A program made the translations under genes and the position numbers. Below, piece by piece: positions 1 to 11,577 of a stretch of DNA of 64,000 nt (the first letter of the stretch is position 1; each line of letters begins with the position of its first letter). The DNA is taken from the NCBI GenBank assembly GCA_965235115.1, contig OZ249436.1:48858001-48922000 (forward strand), written 5' to 3'. Source of the DNA: Laetmonice hystrix (taxonomy: Eukaryota). A model generated the notes under the pieces. It was not told where the DNA came from. It saw only the letters and a program-made list of their open reading frames with translations, and made no database searches.

Positions 1-2516
1 GGCTACTTCCTACAATCACTCGTCACTGTCCAGCCAAAGAAAATAACTATTCCGTCACTTGTTTTGTAGCCAGAAGAGAGGTTGACAGGAATGGGTTGAT
101 AATCTTAAACGCTGTATTATCGCCCGGAAAAGGAAGTAGCAAGGAAGCGTGGATGCGCACAACTGGTTCACTGTACTCCCGCTAGGGCCAGGCCCCCTGG
201 TGGCGGCGGATGGATTGAGCCGTGTTGGGGGAGCTGAGCCTGAGCCCCTCGGTGAATCCGTCGGGTTGATCAGTCTAGTTCTATGGGTTGATGTAGCAAA
301 TACACCAGGTAATTGGCCATTGCGTAAAAATTTATAATAAAATAGCCCTACATCCTTACCCCACCCGGAGATCGATAGATAGGCCTAAGTAGGCTAGGGT
401 CAGGGAGCTAAAATTTAATTGGCTAAGGCCTAAGCACAGAATATGTAGGGTCTGCATGTGGGCTAAGCTCAAAGCCCGCGCGCGGGCCGAGGCACGTGCT
501 TCGAGGCACGTGGTGGCACGTGGGATTCGTCAAACCAAAGAAACTGAGATCTATGTAGGGGTGCCGGTGTCGCCCCTAAGTGGGTAAGTGGATAGATTAT
601 GGGAGATTGTTGCCACTCAGTCAAGGGTGATTGTAACTTATTTAGGCCTATGATACTGTCTTTTTTTAATCATTGAAAGAGATATTAAGATTCGAGATAA
701 GGCATGACAAGTCCGAAATACTGAAATCCTCTAGAGACGTAATTTCTGGAATCCCAGAAGTTTTCGAACTTCTACGGTTTTTTTTTTTTTATTGGATTCC
801 CGACCACTTGAAAAGGTATAATAACCTGAAGTTTCAGAGGTTTTCGAAATAATTCCGGATGGTTGGCAACACTCTAGGCTTACCGTTTAGGGCTTTTTTA
901 GTGCGTCCCTTATTAGGCTATACTATGGGGATCTAGGCCTTGCGGTTTTTTTTTTTGTTTTTTTTTTTTTTTTTGGGGGGGGGGGGGAGATGAAATAGGC
1001 TAGGGAGGTGCCTGCATCTTAATTTGAATGAGGTTCTGGACGTTTATTCCCCCCCCCCCCCTGGAATTTTCTCTTTTTTCGTTACTCCATTATGTATTAG
1101 TTCACTTTAATTGTTAAGTGCACTAGGCCAATACAAAGATAATCTGTGGTATTATAGTAAAAGATGCCGCATCTCATCATCTTTCAGCAAAGTAGATGCT
1201 TATCTGCAGTTTCAAAAATAATTACGTGTACTAGGCCTACCAAAAATGGACATTCCTCGCCTCTGCCTTTTACAGGCCTTGAGAAAATAACCAAGGGACG
1301 ACTGCATTAGACATGAGAAAGTTTTATTTGATAACAACAGAACACCAAACTAACAATGTACGTGTACATTATCACCAACATGCCAATGACTTCTGAGGGT
1401 TTTAATTAATGAATGCACCACAAACCCGGTGATTGATGTTCCTTAGTAAAGGATGTTTAAATAGCATGAGAATTATTTTTTTCTACAAATCTCTTTAGCT
1501 TTTTACAGACGATGGGTGAGATTTTCTTGCCATTATATAATACCACCTGTCAAGGAGTCGATCTCTCTACTGTAAGTACTGAATCACCTATACATCAATA
1601 CATTGATGTGGGAATTTCTTCCTTATAATTATAACAGACATGACAATTCACAGATAATAAATATGTACATAGCTCTAGCCTAGTGGAATAGTGCCTTGCC
1701 TTTCACAGACCGTCCTCACCCATCCCACCCTCTCCGACACTGCCTAAGAAACCTTATACCATTACCACGGCAAAAGGCCTACCAGATTTTGCTGCCTCGC
1801 GCTAATTTTGAGCTTGACAAGCTGGAATTAGTGCATTCATGTAAAGATACAAATGTGGCAGATATCAATATATTTTCTTGGCAAGAAATGTCCATGGTAC
1901 TAATATTATTCATGACATACCAGGGTAATTGTTTAAGGATCCCAGTTTCAAGGAACTTCCACTGTTAAAATGTTTTGATCACAGATACAGTACGTACGTT
2001 ATCCTTGGGTAAAGTACTTCTAAGGATATCTATAGCATTGCTTCCGGGCTGTAGCATTACTAGCAGTGTTAACAAATATGGAAGCGAGATTATTTATCAT
2101 CTTAGATGGTCTGTCAAACTCTTTTGTCCTTACACATATTGTGCAACTGTCATATTATGTCCACCAACCCTTGTGAATATCACATTAAAAGATTACTTTA
2201 GCCTTACAATTCCTTTTTGTTTTGTGTCTTTTTTTTTTTTTTTATAAAAATTGAAGGTAATCACTAACTCACCAAGACCAACCTTCCGTGCCCTTTTACT
2301 GTGAAAGACAACTTCATCTTTTATTAGATAATAACATACAACTGACCAGTCGCGTATTCAAAAGTCCAATTTTATCAATTCAGGCAGGCCAACTAAGTTC
2401 AACCTGGCATCATGTACTTTCAACCATGCTAAAGTACAACTTTTGTAAGGACACTAAAATCCTTGAAATGGATGGAGGTCTGTGTGCCTATGGTGTTGAT
2501 GTAAGCTGTCTGATAC

Positions 2517-2669
2517 CTATCCACAGTATGGGAACTTCCACTTGAGAATGGCGCCATCGGTGCTGACAGACAGAATGTACCGGCCATCAGGGCTGATCTT
2601 CACACGGGTAATCTCAGCACCGTGGGCGAGGCCGATATGGGTGACCACACCCTCGTCATACAGCCAAAC
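2517..2669 (-). CDS. CFAP52: CFAP52 exon 12 (terminal)
   Basis: VWLYDEGVVTHIGLAHGAEITRVKISPDGRYILSVSTDGAILKWKFPYCG*. The acceptor CCCCAG lies in the first unit of a 71-bp tandem repeat. Confidence 0.9.
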   Translation of the reverse strand, partial: VWLYDEGVVTHIGLAHGAEITRVKISPDGRYILSVSTDGAILKWKFPYCG

Positions 2670-5600
2670 CTGGGGACATACATGGCACAGACATGGCAAT
2701 ACTCATACAACCGGATTACACCCTCGTCATACAGCCAAACCTGGGGACATACATGGCACAGACATGGCAATACTCATACAACCGGATTACATCCTCGTCA
2801 TACTGCCAAACCTCGGGACATACATGGCACAGACATGGCAATACTCATACAACCGGATTACACCCTCGTCATACTGCCAAACCTGGGGACATACATGGCA
2901 CAGACATGGCAATACTTATACAACCGGATTACATCCTCGTCATACTGCCAAACCTCGGGACATACATGGCACAGACATGGCAATACTCATACAACTGGAT
3001 TACACCTTCGTCATACTGCCAAACCTGGGGACATACATGGCACAGACATGGCAATACTCATACAACCGGATTACACCCTCGTCATACTGCCAAACCTGGG
3101 GCCCGTTTTACTAAAGAGTCAATAATAACGACGTCGATAATTTAACATAGAAGTGAATGGGTTGCTAGGTCAAAAACAACGACCTAGCAACCATTCACTT
3201 CTATGTTAAATTTTCGACGTCGTTATTATCAACTTTTAGTAAAACCGGCCCCTGGGGACATATATGGCACAGACAACCGGATTTAGAAATAATTGTTAGA
3301 GGGGAGGGGGAATGACAGAACTACTGTAATTACCATAACCAAATGTAATTATGCTCATATTTCACAGGGATACAGGTTACTGATAAATAACGTACCTTGA
3401 TTAGCTTGTCGTCTCCACCAGAGACAAAGTAGCGGCCACATTTAGAGATGTCCATGCCATTAATAGAGCCTGCCATGGAGCCCTCCAGTTCTCGAATGAG
3501 GGAGCCATCGAAAGTTTCAAAATATCCCACTTTACGGTCAGTGCCAGTGGTGATAATCTGGTGCTCATTGGGATGGTAGCAGATGTACTTAAATAATGTG
3601 TTGATGCGAATCATTTGACATCGGCATCTTTTTCTGGAAGGAAAGTATTGTCAGAATCTTACTCACACTGCTGTATGGTGTACTCAAAGGTACATTCAAT
3701 AACTTTAATATCAATCAAAACTCTTTTGGTTGCTATCTGGTGAATATTTTTCAATACTGTTTTGTTAACTGAATTCTTGGGCTGTAGAGTTCTGAGTTTT
3801 TCAGAAGATTATTTCTTCCTCCTCTAAGTGTAAAACTCAGCAGGCTCCCCCTCTAAGTGTAAAACTCAGCAGGCTCCCCCTCTAAGTGTAAAACTCAGCA
3901 GGCTCTCCCTCTAAGTGTAAAACTCAGCAGGTCCAAGTCGAATTGAGAGAGTTACGGTACTACCAGTTACTGGGTTACTCACACAAGATCCCAGATTATG
4001 CAGGAACCATCTATACTGGACGTGACACACTCCCTATTGTTGGATCTCACTTTGATGCAGGTCACCGATGCCTTGTGTTCCTTCAGTGTAAACTGGAGGG
4101 CAGAGGTGTATACAAATCCCTTGAAGACCCTCGCTTTGGAAATCATCCACACCCGTACGTCACCCAACTGTCCACCGCTCACGATGTAGTTGTTGTCGGT
4201 GTATGTGGCCAGTGCTGTTACACCAAGCTTGTGAGCGTCGTCAATTGTGTACATCGGTTTCCCAGTCTCGGGGTAGAAGGCACGGATACGTCCATCATCC
4301 CATCCTGCGTTGAGTCAAAGTCAGTGATAATTGGTGGGTTTCTTTACCTCATACAAAACAGTAATTAATTTAGATAGATTTTGATTAAAAGGTAAAATGT
4401 TGATCACTCCTCAGTCCTGCCAAAGGTTTAATAAGGGCTTCAGATAAGGTGCGTATTTGCGTATTTATGCACTGAAGTGGTGGAAATACGCAGTAATTTT
4501 GAAGACACTATCGTCAAAAACGCATCAGTATTGGGTAATAAAAGCTTCCCATACGCTGAGTCCTTCTGCACTGAGCGTCATATATGGTTGGGAGGGGGCT
4601 TCTAATGGTCTGCAGTGGTCAGCAAGCGCTGGCTGGGTGCCAACAGCTGGACACGTTAGCACCCTGCCAGTAGGGTGCCAACTGGACAATACTATAAGTT
4701 GTCAGTTTCAGTTGTTCCCAACACATGCAGGTCAGTTAAAAGTTGGAAGTCAAATACGCAACACTTGTTGAGGATGGGTACTACAATACGCAACCTGAAT
4801 AAAGAGGGGGAGTCAAAAACTCCTCACCTTAAAATATTATCTGAAGCCCTGGTTTATCTAATACAGAAACATATGAAGAGCTGTTTAAGTTTACCTGTAA
4901 TGATGCTCTGCCCATCACGCATGATCTCCAGGGCATGGCATGTCATATTGGGAATGGTAATTCGCAGAAGTTCAGTGTTCTTGTTGGCATGCCACATGCG
5001 CACCTCTTCACGAGATGCACTACCAAACAAATCTGCACAGTCACTGCAATTTGAAATGCCACACATTTAAATCTACAGAGATGTTTACTTTAATAATTTA
5101 CCACTGGTCTTAGCATCATCTCGACCTAAGAAAAGAAATATGAATTTTCTTTTAACTATTTAATTATGATGGTACCCGTATTGAGAATAATCCCAAATTA
5201 TAAAAATTATTTGCCAGATTGGACAGTTTACTTACTGTGGAAAAGCAATGTCATTAACTGGTTCATTATGGCATGTCCCAATCAAAGAGGGAATGAAGTC
5301 ACTGTATGAGAACCGGTACATGGAGGACTCTTGTGTTCCAACGAAGAACTGTTGAAAGGAAACACATTAAGCTTGAAGCTTTTGTTTTTAAATTGTAAAG
5401 AATGCATTTATATCCTCTCGTCATTTTGATTTGACCATGAGATATAATTAAAAGAAAACTGGAAGTCTGACTGATGTGCAAATATGAAATGCTTAACATT
5501 CTTTTGTACGAAAATTTGGTTAACTGGCATTATACACAAGACATCAGAGGTTGCAAGCAACGGTGCCGGAAGCAAACTACACAATGTATTATTGGCAGGG

Positions 5601-8600
5601 CAGGAGATCCAAAGTTATGTGATGCATGTCAAGTAAGGGGGGTGTAACGGGCAAACATGCGTTTTTTTTCATTCGAGATCACAGATTATTAAGGAGGGGG
5701 GGGGGGGGGGTCCCTGCTTCCAGTGCCTATGGTTGCAAGATGTTTGACATCTCCATATGCCCCGAGAACTATAGTGACCATGGACTTGGTTTACATTTAC
5801 ATATAGACGCAACTGGGTAATACATAAAATAATGAACCTTTGTCAACAATATCCCCATAATTCCTATATTAGGAAAGAGAAAAGATAAATATATATTTAT
5901 CGATAATATTGCAAGCAAAGTGCATTATCAAGCAGGTAAGCACTGTTGAGTATCAAGTCATACTCAAGCCTTCAATAAAAATCTGACAGCACTGGGACTA
6001 TTATAAAAACACAACTCTGAGCAAGAGAATGCACTATTGGTACTCTGTGTTTACACAACATAAAACACAACTCTGAGCAAGTGAATGCACTATGGGTACT
6101 CTGTGTTTACACAACAAAACACAACTCTGAGCAAGTGAATGCACTATGGGTACTCTGTGTTTACACAACAAAACACAACTCTGAGCAAGTGAATTATGCA
6201 CTATGGGTACTCTGTGTTTACACAACAAAACACAACTCTGAGCAAGTGAATGCACTATGGGTACTCTGTGTTTACACAACAAAACACAACTCCGAGCAAG
6301 TGAATGCACTATGGGTACTCTGTGTTTACACAACACAATACCCAACTCTGAGCAAGTGAATTTCACTTTATATGCAGCTTTTCATTTTGGATGCAAGTTG
6401 AAGAATGCACATATAACCTCCTTCCCAGCCATTCTTGGGCAGGAGCTACGTCTGAATAAGGCTGGCCTTAAAAAAGTTTGTTCCGATGAGTTTTCTTGGA
6501 AAAAATCTGTTAAGGCAGGGAGGAAATTTAAAAAAAAAAAAATCCCCCCCCCTTTGCTGGAAGAGATCACACGTGACCAATTGAATTGGTGGTCATCTAG
6601 GGGCAGGTTCACACTGAGGATTTCCCCCGGGTAATACCCAGGTCACTGGTAGTGAGCTGTATGTGAAGATACCAGCTGACCACATATATGACCCAGGTAT
6701 TTCCCAGGGGGGAAATCCTCAGTGTAAGGTAAACCTGCCCTAGCTAGGTGTCCGCAAGTGTGTCAAATCATGCCTAAAAAAATTGAAAATGGAAAACGTT
6801 AAAAAAAAATGTTACAACCACATGGTTTTGAGTCATATGGCTGGATTATTTGGAACAAACAATTTTTTAAGGGTGGCCTAAGTAATGGTGCAGGCTATCC
6901 TGTGAAACTGATTGGAATGCAGCTCATGACAGACAATGTTCCCTTGACTGGGGTATCTCAAACACTCTACTCACTTCAGGGCCATTTGACTGAGAATGAT
7001 GGTGAGAACAACCGTTCCACCTTTTCCTTTGCATCAGCTGCTGCTGCTCTTGCTAATTAAATGTGAAATGTTGCAGCACTGTTTTAATCACATACTTGTC
7101 TAGAAATCTTTACCACGAAGTCCCGACAACAATAAGTTTTAAGTGAACTAATTCTAGGTCCAGTTTTTCAAAACTTATCAACTTGAGTAAAGCTTACTCT
7201 TGTAAACTATCAGGTTTCTGATTGGATGGTCTCCTTAGGCCAGCCAATCAGAAACCTGTTAGTTTACTTAAGTAAGCTTTACTCAAGCTGAGAATTTGTG
7301 AAAAACTGGGCCCTGGACTGTCAGAGACAGTGTGACTTAAGTTACTGTCTTTTGGACTTTAGGACCAGACTTACAATATCACTTGGATGACTCACCTGGT
7401 GGCCACTACCCCTCAGACTGATTGAAGTCACTGCTCCTTTTACTTTGGTACTGCTTCTGCAATAGTGATCAACCAGAGCTTATAAGTTTGTCCCCTCACC
7501 CAGGTGCATGAGTAAATAACTCATACGCCCCAGGCGAAATTTCCAATAATGACCCTCTACATTATCTGTTAGAAATTGAGAAAATTCCTTTGTTGTCTAT
7601 AAAGATGTTAATTCTTATTCAAATCGGCTGTCAGAAGTTATGGAAGTCATTCCTCTCAAGATTGTCCAATTATCAATTATAGATCTCCTATGCCCACCTG
7701 TAACCCACCAACTTTTTGGGGCGAGTGATTTTTCCTATCCCTGTTTTTTTTGGGGTAGTAAATTTTTAAGGCGACTAGCCAACCAGACCAGTGCCTCACA
7801 TTTTATAATCTCAACCCCTGGGTTATATACAGTTTATGGAATGTGAAAAACTTAAACAGATTAAAATATTTCTTGTGTTCTTGAAAACAGATTCCTGGAC
7901 AATTTCTCTGTTGACTTGGTATTCACTTTTTTAAAAATCTGCATAACTTACGATGTCCTCTTGAATTTGTGATCCTTGCCTTCTGTGATGCACACGGTGC
8001 CGTCGCCAGCTCCAACAAGAATTTGTCCATTTTTGAATAGTGTCAGGCAAGTGATACCACAGCCAAAGAGCTCCTTGGGACCAATCACTTGGAAGTTCTT
8101 AGAAAGCATGTTGACACCTATGATGTCACCAGTGTCCGTCCCGCAATACAAAAACTCATCCTTATCATCAAACTGAAAAATAGTGGGGGGAAAGCTCACA
8201 ATTATCAATTGAAAAATTTTTTTTTTTAAAATTTGCTATGAGCTACAACATGTTTCTAAAATAGTTTTTCTACTTTTTGCTCAATGCTAATGTGCCAAAT
8301 ATTTTGCAGAATATGTAGTGATGGACTTTTATTCAGATAATTTGTGCATACCTCAATACACTTGAACTGGCGGCGTTTGACGCTCATATTGACATCTTTG
8401 GGCCATACTTTACGGTTATCCACATCAAGTTCCCACACGCGAAGGGTGTTACTGAAAATTTTAAAAAATGCAGGCATTGAGGCAATTTTAATTTTATGAG
8501 AAAGTACAGTTATCATGGTCAGCGATAAGTTGCATGGATCTATTGACTGGCTGTGGTCACTGCACAACATTCTCCTGCTAATTCCGATTCTATCTTCAAC

Positions 8601-11577
8601 CTCTTTTTCCTAAACCAATAACAGGAGACAATGTTTGTGTAGGCAACTGCACAGATTACTCAACCACCTTTGCCAGAAAACTGTTCATTTTGTTACTTTG
8701 CTTATAATATAATATTAATATATACATAAAAAAAAGAAATTCTAGGAAAATATTGTACTCACTCGCCACCTGTTGCAAAAATAAGATCGCTGCCATTAGC
8801 AAATGCAATGGTCTGTGTGATGCCTGCACTCTGGCACTGCGCTGGACTCCCGCAGATTGGTTCCATTTTGGCCATGTCCCAAACAACCACACTGTAACCA
8901 ACGTTAGCTGTGTCATGTTCACTTACTACAGTTTTACAAGTTTATCAAGTGATTAGTTCATGTTGGGCAAAAGGCTCTGTGCTACATCTGCGTTCACAAA
9001 CAAGAAACTTACATCATTACTTTCATTTCCTGTACATAAACTTAGTCTTAATAATAGCCCAAAATTAACTTTTTGTCCTTCCATAACTTATACATAAAGT
9101 TGGCAACTTATAGCGTTATTAAAATAGAAAATAATGAAAAATTGACTTACTTTCCATCATCACGACCACCAAGTGACACAAGATACTTTTCATTAGGTGA
9201 GAAAGCAAGTGCTTGTACAGTCACCTTGTGAAGTGTTAATTTTCTGAGCAAACGTGCTTCAGCAAAGTCCCAAACAATAATATCAGCCTGTAACAAAACA
9301 ATGTGGAAAAACATCTAATCAATGAAAGCCCAGGTCCATCTGAAATATTATGTCATACGTTAAAAGTTTATGTGCCCTACTCTAAAAGTCCAGAATTTTT
9401 CAATCATGCTGGTGTATGCTTACATTTTCTCATCATCATCAGCTGAAACTACGAGGATCATTACAAATACTAGACTCTATACTTGTTAAACCAAAACCAT
9501 CAAACAGGTAAACAAATTATGCAATCATGTCGTTATAATGATGTAATTGATGTCCTGATTAACAGACAGACCTTGAAGCCCATGTGGGTTTGTTGACCAG
9601 AGGCCAGGTAGCTACCCTCCTTGGAGACGGCAAGCGCTGTGATACTGTTTGTGTGGCCTGAGAGAAACCTCTGTTTCTGAGAACTGATGTCCTCAATGAT
9701 AACTGTACATCCTACTGGGTAGATGAGGTGCTGTTTGTGAGGGTGAACCTTGAGCCCTGATTGAACCATGCCTGCAACAATCATTAATCATCAACTCTTG
9801 CACAATTTGGGGAGCTTCATGAATAAAATACAATGAATAATGTTATCTATAAACAGCTTTTAGCGCTGCTAGTGTTGCTAGTGCTGCCACTCTGGGTTTG
9901 CCAAAAAAAATATAGAATCATTCAAGAAAAACTTAAGTTGCATAAATTTACCCTGCTTTCATGAGTCATGTATACAATGTTAAGAGAAGTTTAGCCTAAA
10001 AATGTTGTGTCTTTCTTTAAATCAATGACAAAATATACTGTCTTTTACTAAGTTTTAGTTTTAAATAGTTAAAAGTTTACCTGAACTTCTGGCCGACGTG
10101 GTCTGTACTGACAACTACTGGTCAACTTTCACCACTGTACTAGTACTAGACTAGATCTACTCCAGACCCCTAAGTAACTAGACCCAGTGAAATTCCGTGA
10201 TCCTTGCCAGGAAATTCCGTTTTGAATTTTTAAAATTCCGTTTTTTTTTCCGTTTCAGTATTTTCTAAGTATACAGGGTGTCCCAAAAAATGCACAACCA
10301 TATCTGCACACCTGTCACATTTGCGAGTCCAGTCTGTTTGCTCTAAGAAGAGCTCAAGCATATTCACGACCCTCCCACCCCACTCCTCTAGCCGGTCCAG
10401 CCAGGCCAACCCAGGTCGCAGCTACACTGTATACGGTCGACTGGGGGATTACCAGTAGTAAAAAAGACGTTTTCCGTTATTTTCCGTTTTTCACTGGAAA
10501 TTCCGTTTCAAATAGTAAATTCCGTTTAGAATAGTAAATTCCGCGATTCCGTCCGCGATTCCGCGATCGCGGAAATTGACTGGCTCTAAGTAACCCGCAT
10601 GTGGCGGGTCGAACATGCAAACAGGCACCAAAAGTAAACCCGCTGACCCGCAAGGACAGCGATAAGACCCGCCTGAAGATCTAGGAATTTTAGGCCTAGA
10701 TTTATCATTCAGGTGGGCCTATCCTTCCTACTTTGTGTCATTTGTTGAGAATAGGCTGCGGCTTGATCACGCGTAAACGAGTAAATTTAGCTCAGAATAT
10801 ATGCTTAGGCCTAGTATATATGCGTCATGCATGGTTTAGGGGCTGTCGACATCGAGTGGCCTAGATCTAGCCATATATCCGATAGATGGCAATTGTGCCC
10901 CCCCCCCCTTATTTTTGCAGACTGACTTTAACGAATTGTTAATGAAAAAAAAGTTATTTTCGGACCCTTATTTTCAGCCAACTCTAAGACCTTAGATTTT
11001 TTTTCCAGATGCCAGGAAAATGCGTAGGCCTATTTGGCAAATCTTTCTGGGGCAGGGCCTCCAGACCCCCCAGGCCCAGACCAGTCAAGGCGCTCGCATG
11101 ACCTGCATTTCAAATCTTGGAACTTGGCCTTGGCTTGGGACCCATGCCATGGCCATGGCTATGCTTTGGCATGCGGCGTATCAGTATCACTAAACAGTAT
11201 CAGTATCAATATCATTATCATCCTATGCCTATGGCTATGCGGCATAGCCTAGGCCCTATAGCCTAGCGCCTATGCTATGCTGAAAGCGCTATGCTACTCG
11301 CACTAGATTCAGGCAGTCACAGACTGAGGGGGGGGGGGGGCCTAATGATCTAATCTTTCTCATAAATAATGTGCTATTAGTCTTACTTAGTTACTAGCTT
11401 GATTCTATGGAGTGTAGCAACTAGATCTAACGTTAGTCTACATCGACATGGCCTATCGTCATCGACACGGAGTCAACCCGCCTCGATCTAGCTCTAACGT
11501 TAAAATAAGTACCCACCATTGAAGCCAACCATAGATTCCAGTTCCAGAAGAGGTGTGTCGCATGGTGAGTCCGTCAT
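2517..11577 (-). CDS. CFAP52: Cilia- and flagella-associated protein 52 (WD40-repeat, WDR16), 12 exons, 627 aa: complement(join(2517..2669,3396..3633,3983..4304,4895..5043,5236..5348,7396..7456,7952..8172,8352..8451,8763..8891,9151..9287,9572..9771,11517..11577))
   Basis: All introns are GT-AG and phases are consistent (1884 nt). The translation matches CFAP52 as I recall it, end to end: LELESMVGFNG..GLKVHP..LIYPVGCTVII..ASGQQTHMGFKADIIVWD..TLRVWELDVDNRKVWP..ELLRITIPNMTCH..LKEHKASVTCIKV..CYHPNEHQIITTGTDRKV..SVSTDGAILKWKFPY. Confidence 0.95.
2647..3098. repeat. 71-bp tandem repeat (about 6.4 copies) spanning the CFAP52 intron 11/exon 12 junction
   Basis: Unit ACACCCTCGTCATAC(A/T)GCCAAACCT(G/C)GGGACATACATGGCACAGACATGGCAATACTCATACAACCGGATT. 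Confidence 0.95.
3099..3251. mobile_element. 153-bp foldback MITE, PIF/Harbinger-like
   Basis: Near-perfect palindrome with TIRs GGGCCCGTTTTACTAAA / TTTAGTAAAACCGGCCC. CTG duplicated at 3096-3098 and 3252-3254. The family label is inferred from the 3-bp CWG TSD. Confidence 0.85.
3396..3633 (-). CDS. CFAP52: CFAP52 exon 11
   Basis: QMIRINTLFKYICYHPNEHQIITTGTDRKV..GGDDKLIK; TTCCAG acceptor, GTACGT donor. Confidence 0.93.
3821..3931. repeat. 29-bp tandem repeat, about 3.8 copies
   Basis: CCTCTAAGTGTAAAACTCAGCAGGCTCCC repeated. Confidence 0.9.
3983..4304 (-). CDS. CFAP52: CFAP52 exon 10
   Basis: WDDGRIRAFYPETGKPMYTIDDAHKLGVTA..CIIWDLV; ACGCAG acceptor, GTGAGT donor. Confidence 0.93.
4434..4850. 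mobile_element. MITE with 14-bp TIRs, possibly hAT-derived
   Basis: AGGGCTTCAGATAA / TTATCTGAAGCCCT; inverted subterminal TGCGTATT/AATACGCA motifs; flanks GGTTTAAT / GGTTTATC look like a degenerate TSD. Confidence 0.7.
4895..5043 (-). CDS. CFAP52: CFAP52 exon 9
   Basis: DCADLFGSASREEVRMWH..ELLRITIPNMTCHALEIMRDGQSIIT; TTGCAG acceptor, GTAAAC donor. Confidence 0.92.
5236..5348 (-). CDS. CFAP52: CFAP52 exon 8
   Basis: FFVGTQESSMYRFSYSDFIPSLIGTCHNEPVNDIAFP; CAACAG acceptor, GTAAGT donor. Confidence 0.9.
6006..6360. repeat. 54-bp tandem repeat, about 6.5 copies
   Basis: AAAACACAACTCTGAGCAAGTGAATGCACTATGGGTACTCTGTGTTTACACAAC. Confidence 0.93.
6601..6740. mobile_element. 140-bp MITE, PIF/Harbinger-like
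   Basis: GGGCAGGTT..CACTGAGGATTTCCCCC / GGGGGAAATCCTCAGTG..AACCTGCCC, with TAG on both flanks. Confidence 0.75.
7157..7312. mobile_element. 156-bp foldback MITE (GGCCC-type TIR)
   Basis: GGTCCAGTTTTTCA..CTTGAGTAAAGCTTACT..CAGGTTTCTGATTGG is mirrored on the right and ends TGAAAAACTGGGCC; flanks CTA/CTG. Confidence 0.8.
7396..7456 (-). CDS. CFAP52: CFAP52 exon 7
   Basis: KVKGAVTSISLRGSGHQ; TTGCAG acceptor, GTGAGT donor. Confidence 0.88.
7952..8172 (-). CDS. CFAP52: CFAP52 exon 6
   Basis: FDDKDEFLYCGTDTGDI..ILVGAGDG; TTTCAG acceptor, GTAAGT donor. Confidence 0.92.
8352..8451 (-). CDS. CFAP52: CFAP52 exon 5
   Basis: NTLRVWELDVDNRKVWPKDVNMSVKRRQFKCIE; TTTCAG acceptor, GTATGC donor. Confidence 0.9.
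8763..8891 (-). CDS. CFAP52: CFAP52 exon 4
   Basis: VVVW..ICGSP..FATGG; TTACAG acceptor, GTGAGT donor. Confidence 0.9.
9151..9287 (-). CDS. CFAP52: CFAP52 exon 3
   Basis: ADIIVWDFAEARLLRKLTLHKVTVQALAFSPNEKYLVSLGGRDDG; TTACAG acceptor, GTAAGT donor. Confidence 0.92.
9572..9771 (-). CDS. CFAP52: CFAP52 exon 2
   Basis: TTGCAG acceptor; MVQSGLKVHPHKQHLIYPVGCTV..MGFK; AAG|GTCTGT donor. Confidence 0.92.
10179..10588. mobile_element. Non-autonomous DNA transposon, TAG-start TIR, 6-bp TSD, possible nested Tc1/mariner-like end
   Basis: TAGACCCAGTGAAATTCCGTGAT / ATCGCGGAAATTGACTGGCTCTA, AGTAAC on both sides, many internal TTCCG motifs. TACAGGGTGTCCCAAAAAA begins near 10272. Confidence 0.7.
11517..11577 (-). 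CDS. CFAP52: CFAP52 exon 1 (MTDSPCDTPLLELESMVGFN-G)
   Basis: AAAATG start, conserved LELxxxxGFNG motif, donor G|GTGGGT in phase 1. Confidence 0.88.

Noticed and set aside
2542..3145. Plus-strand ORFs of 150-190 aa
   Set aside because: Antisense readings of the 71-bp repeat and CFAP52 exon 12.
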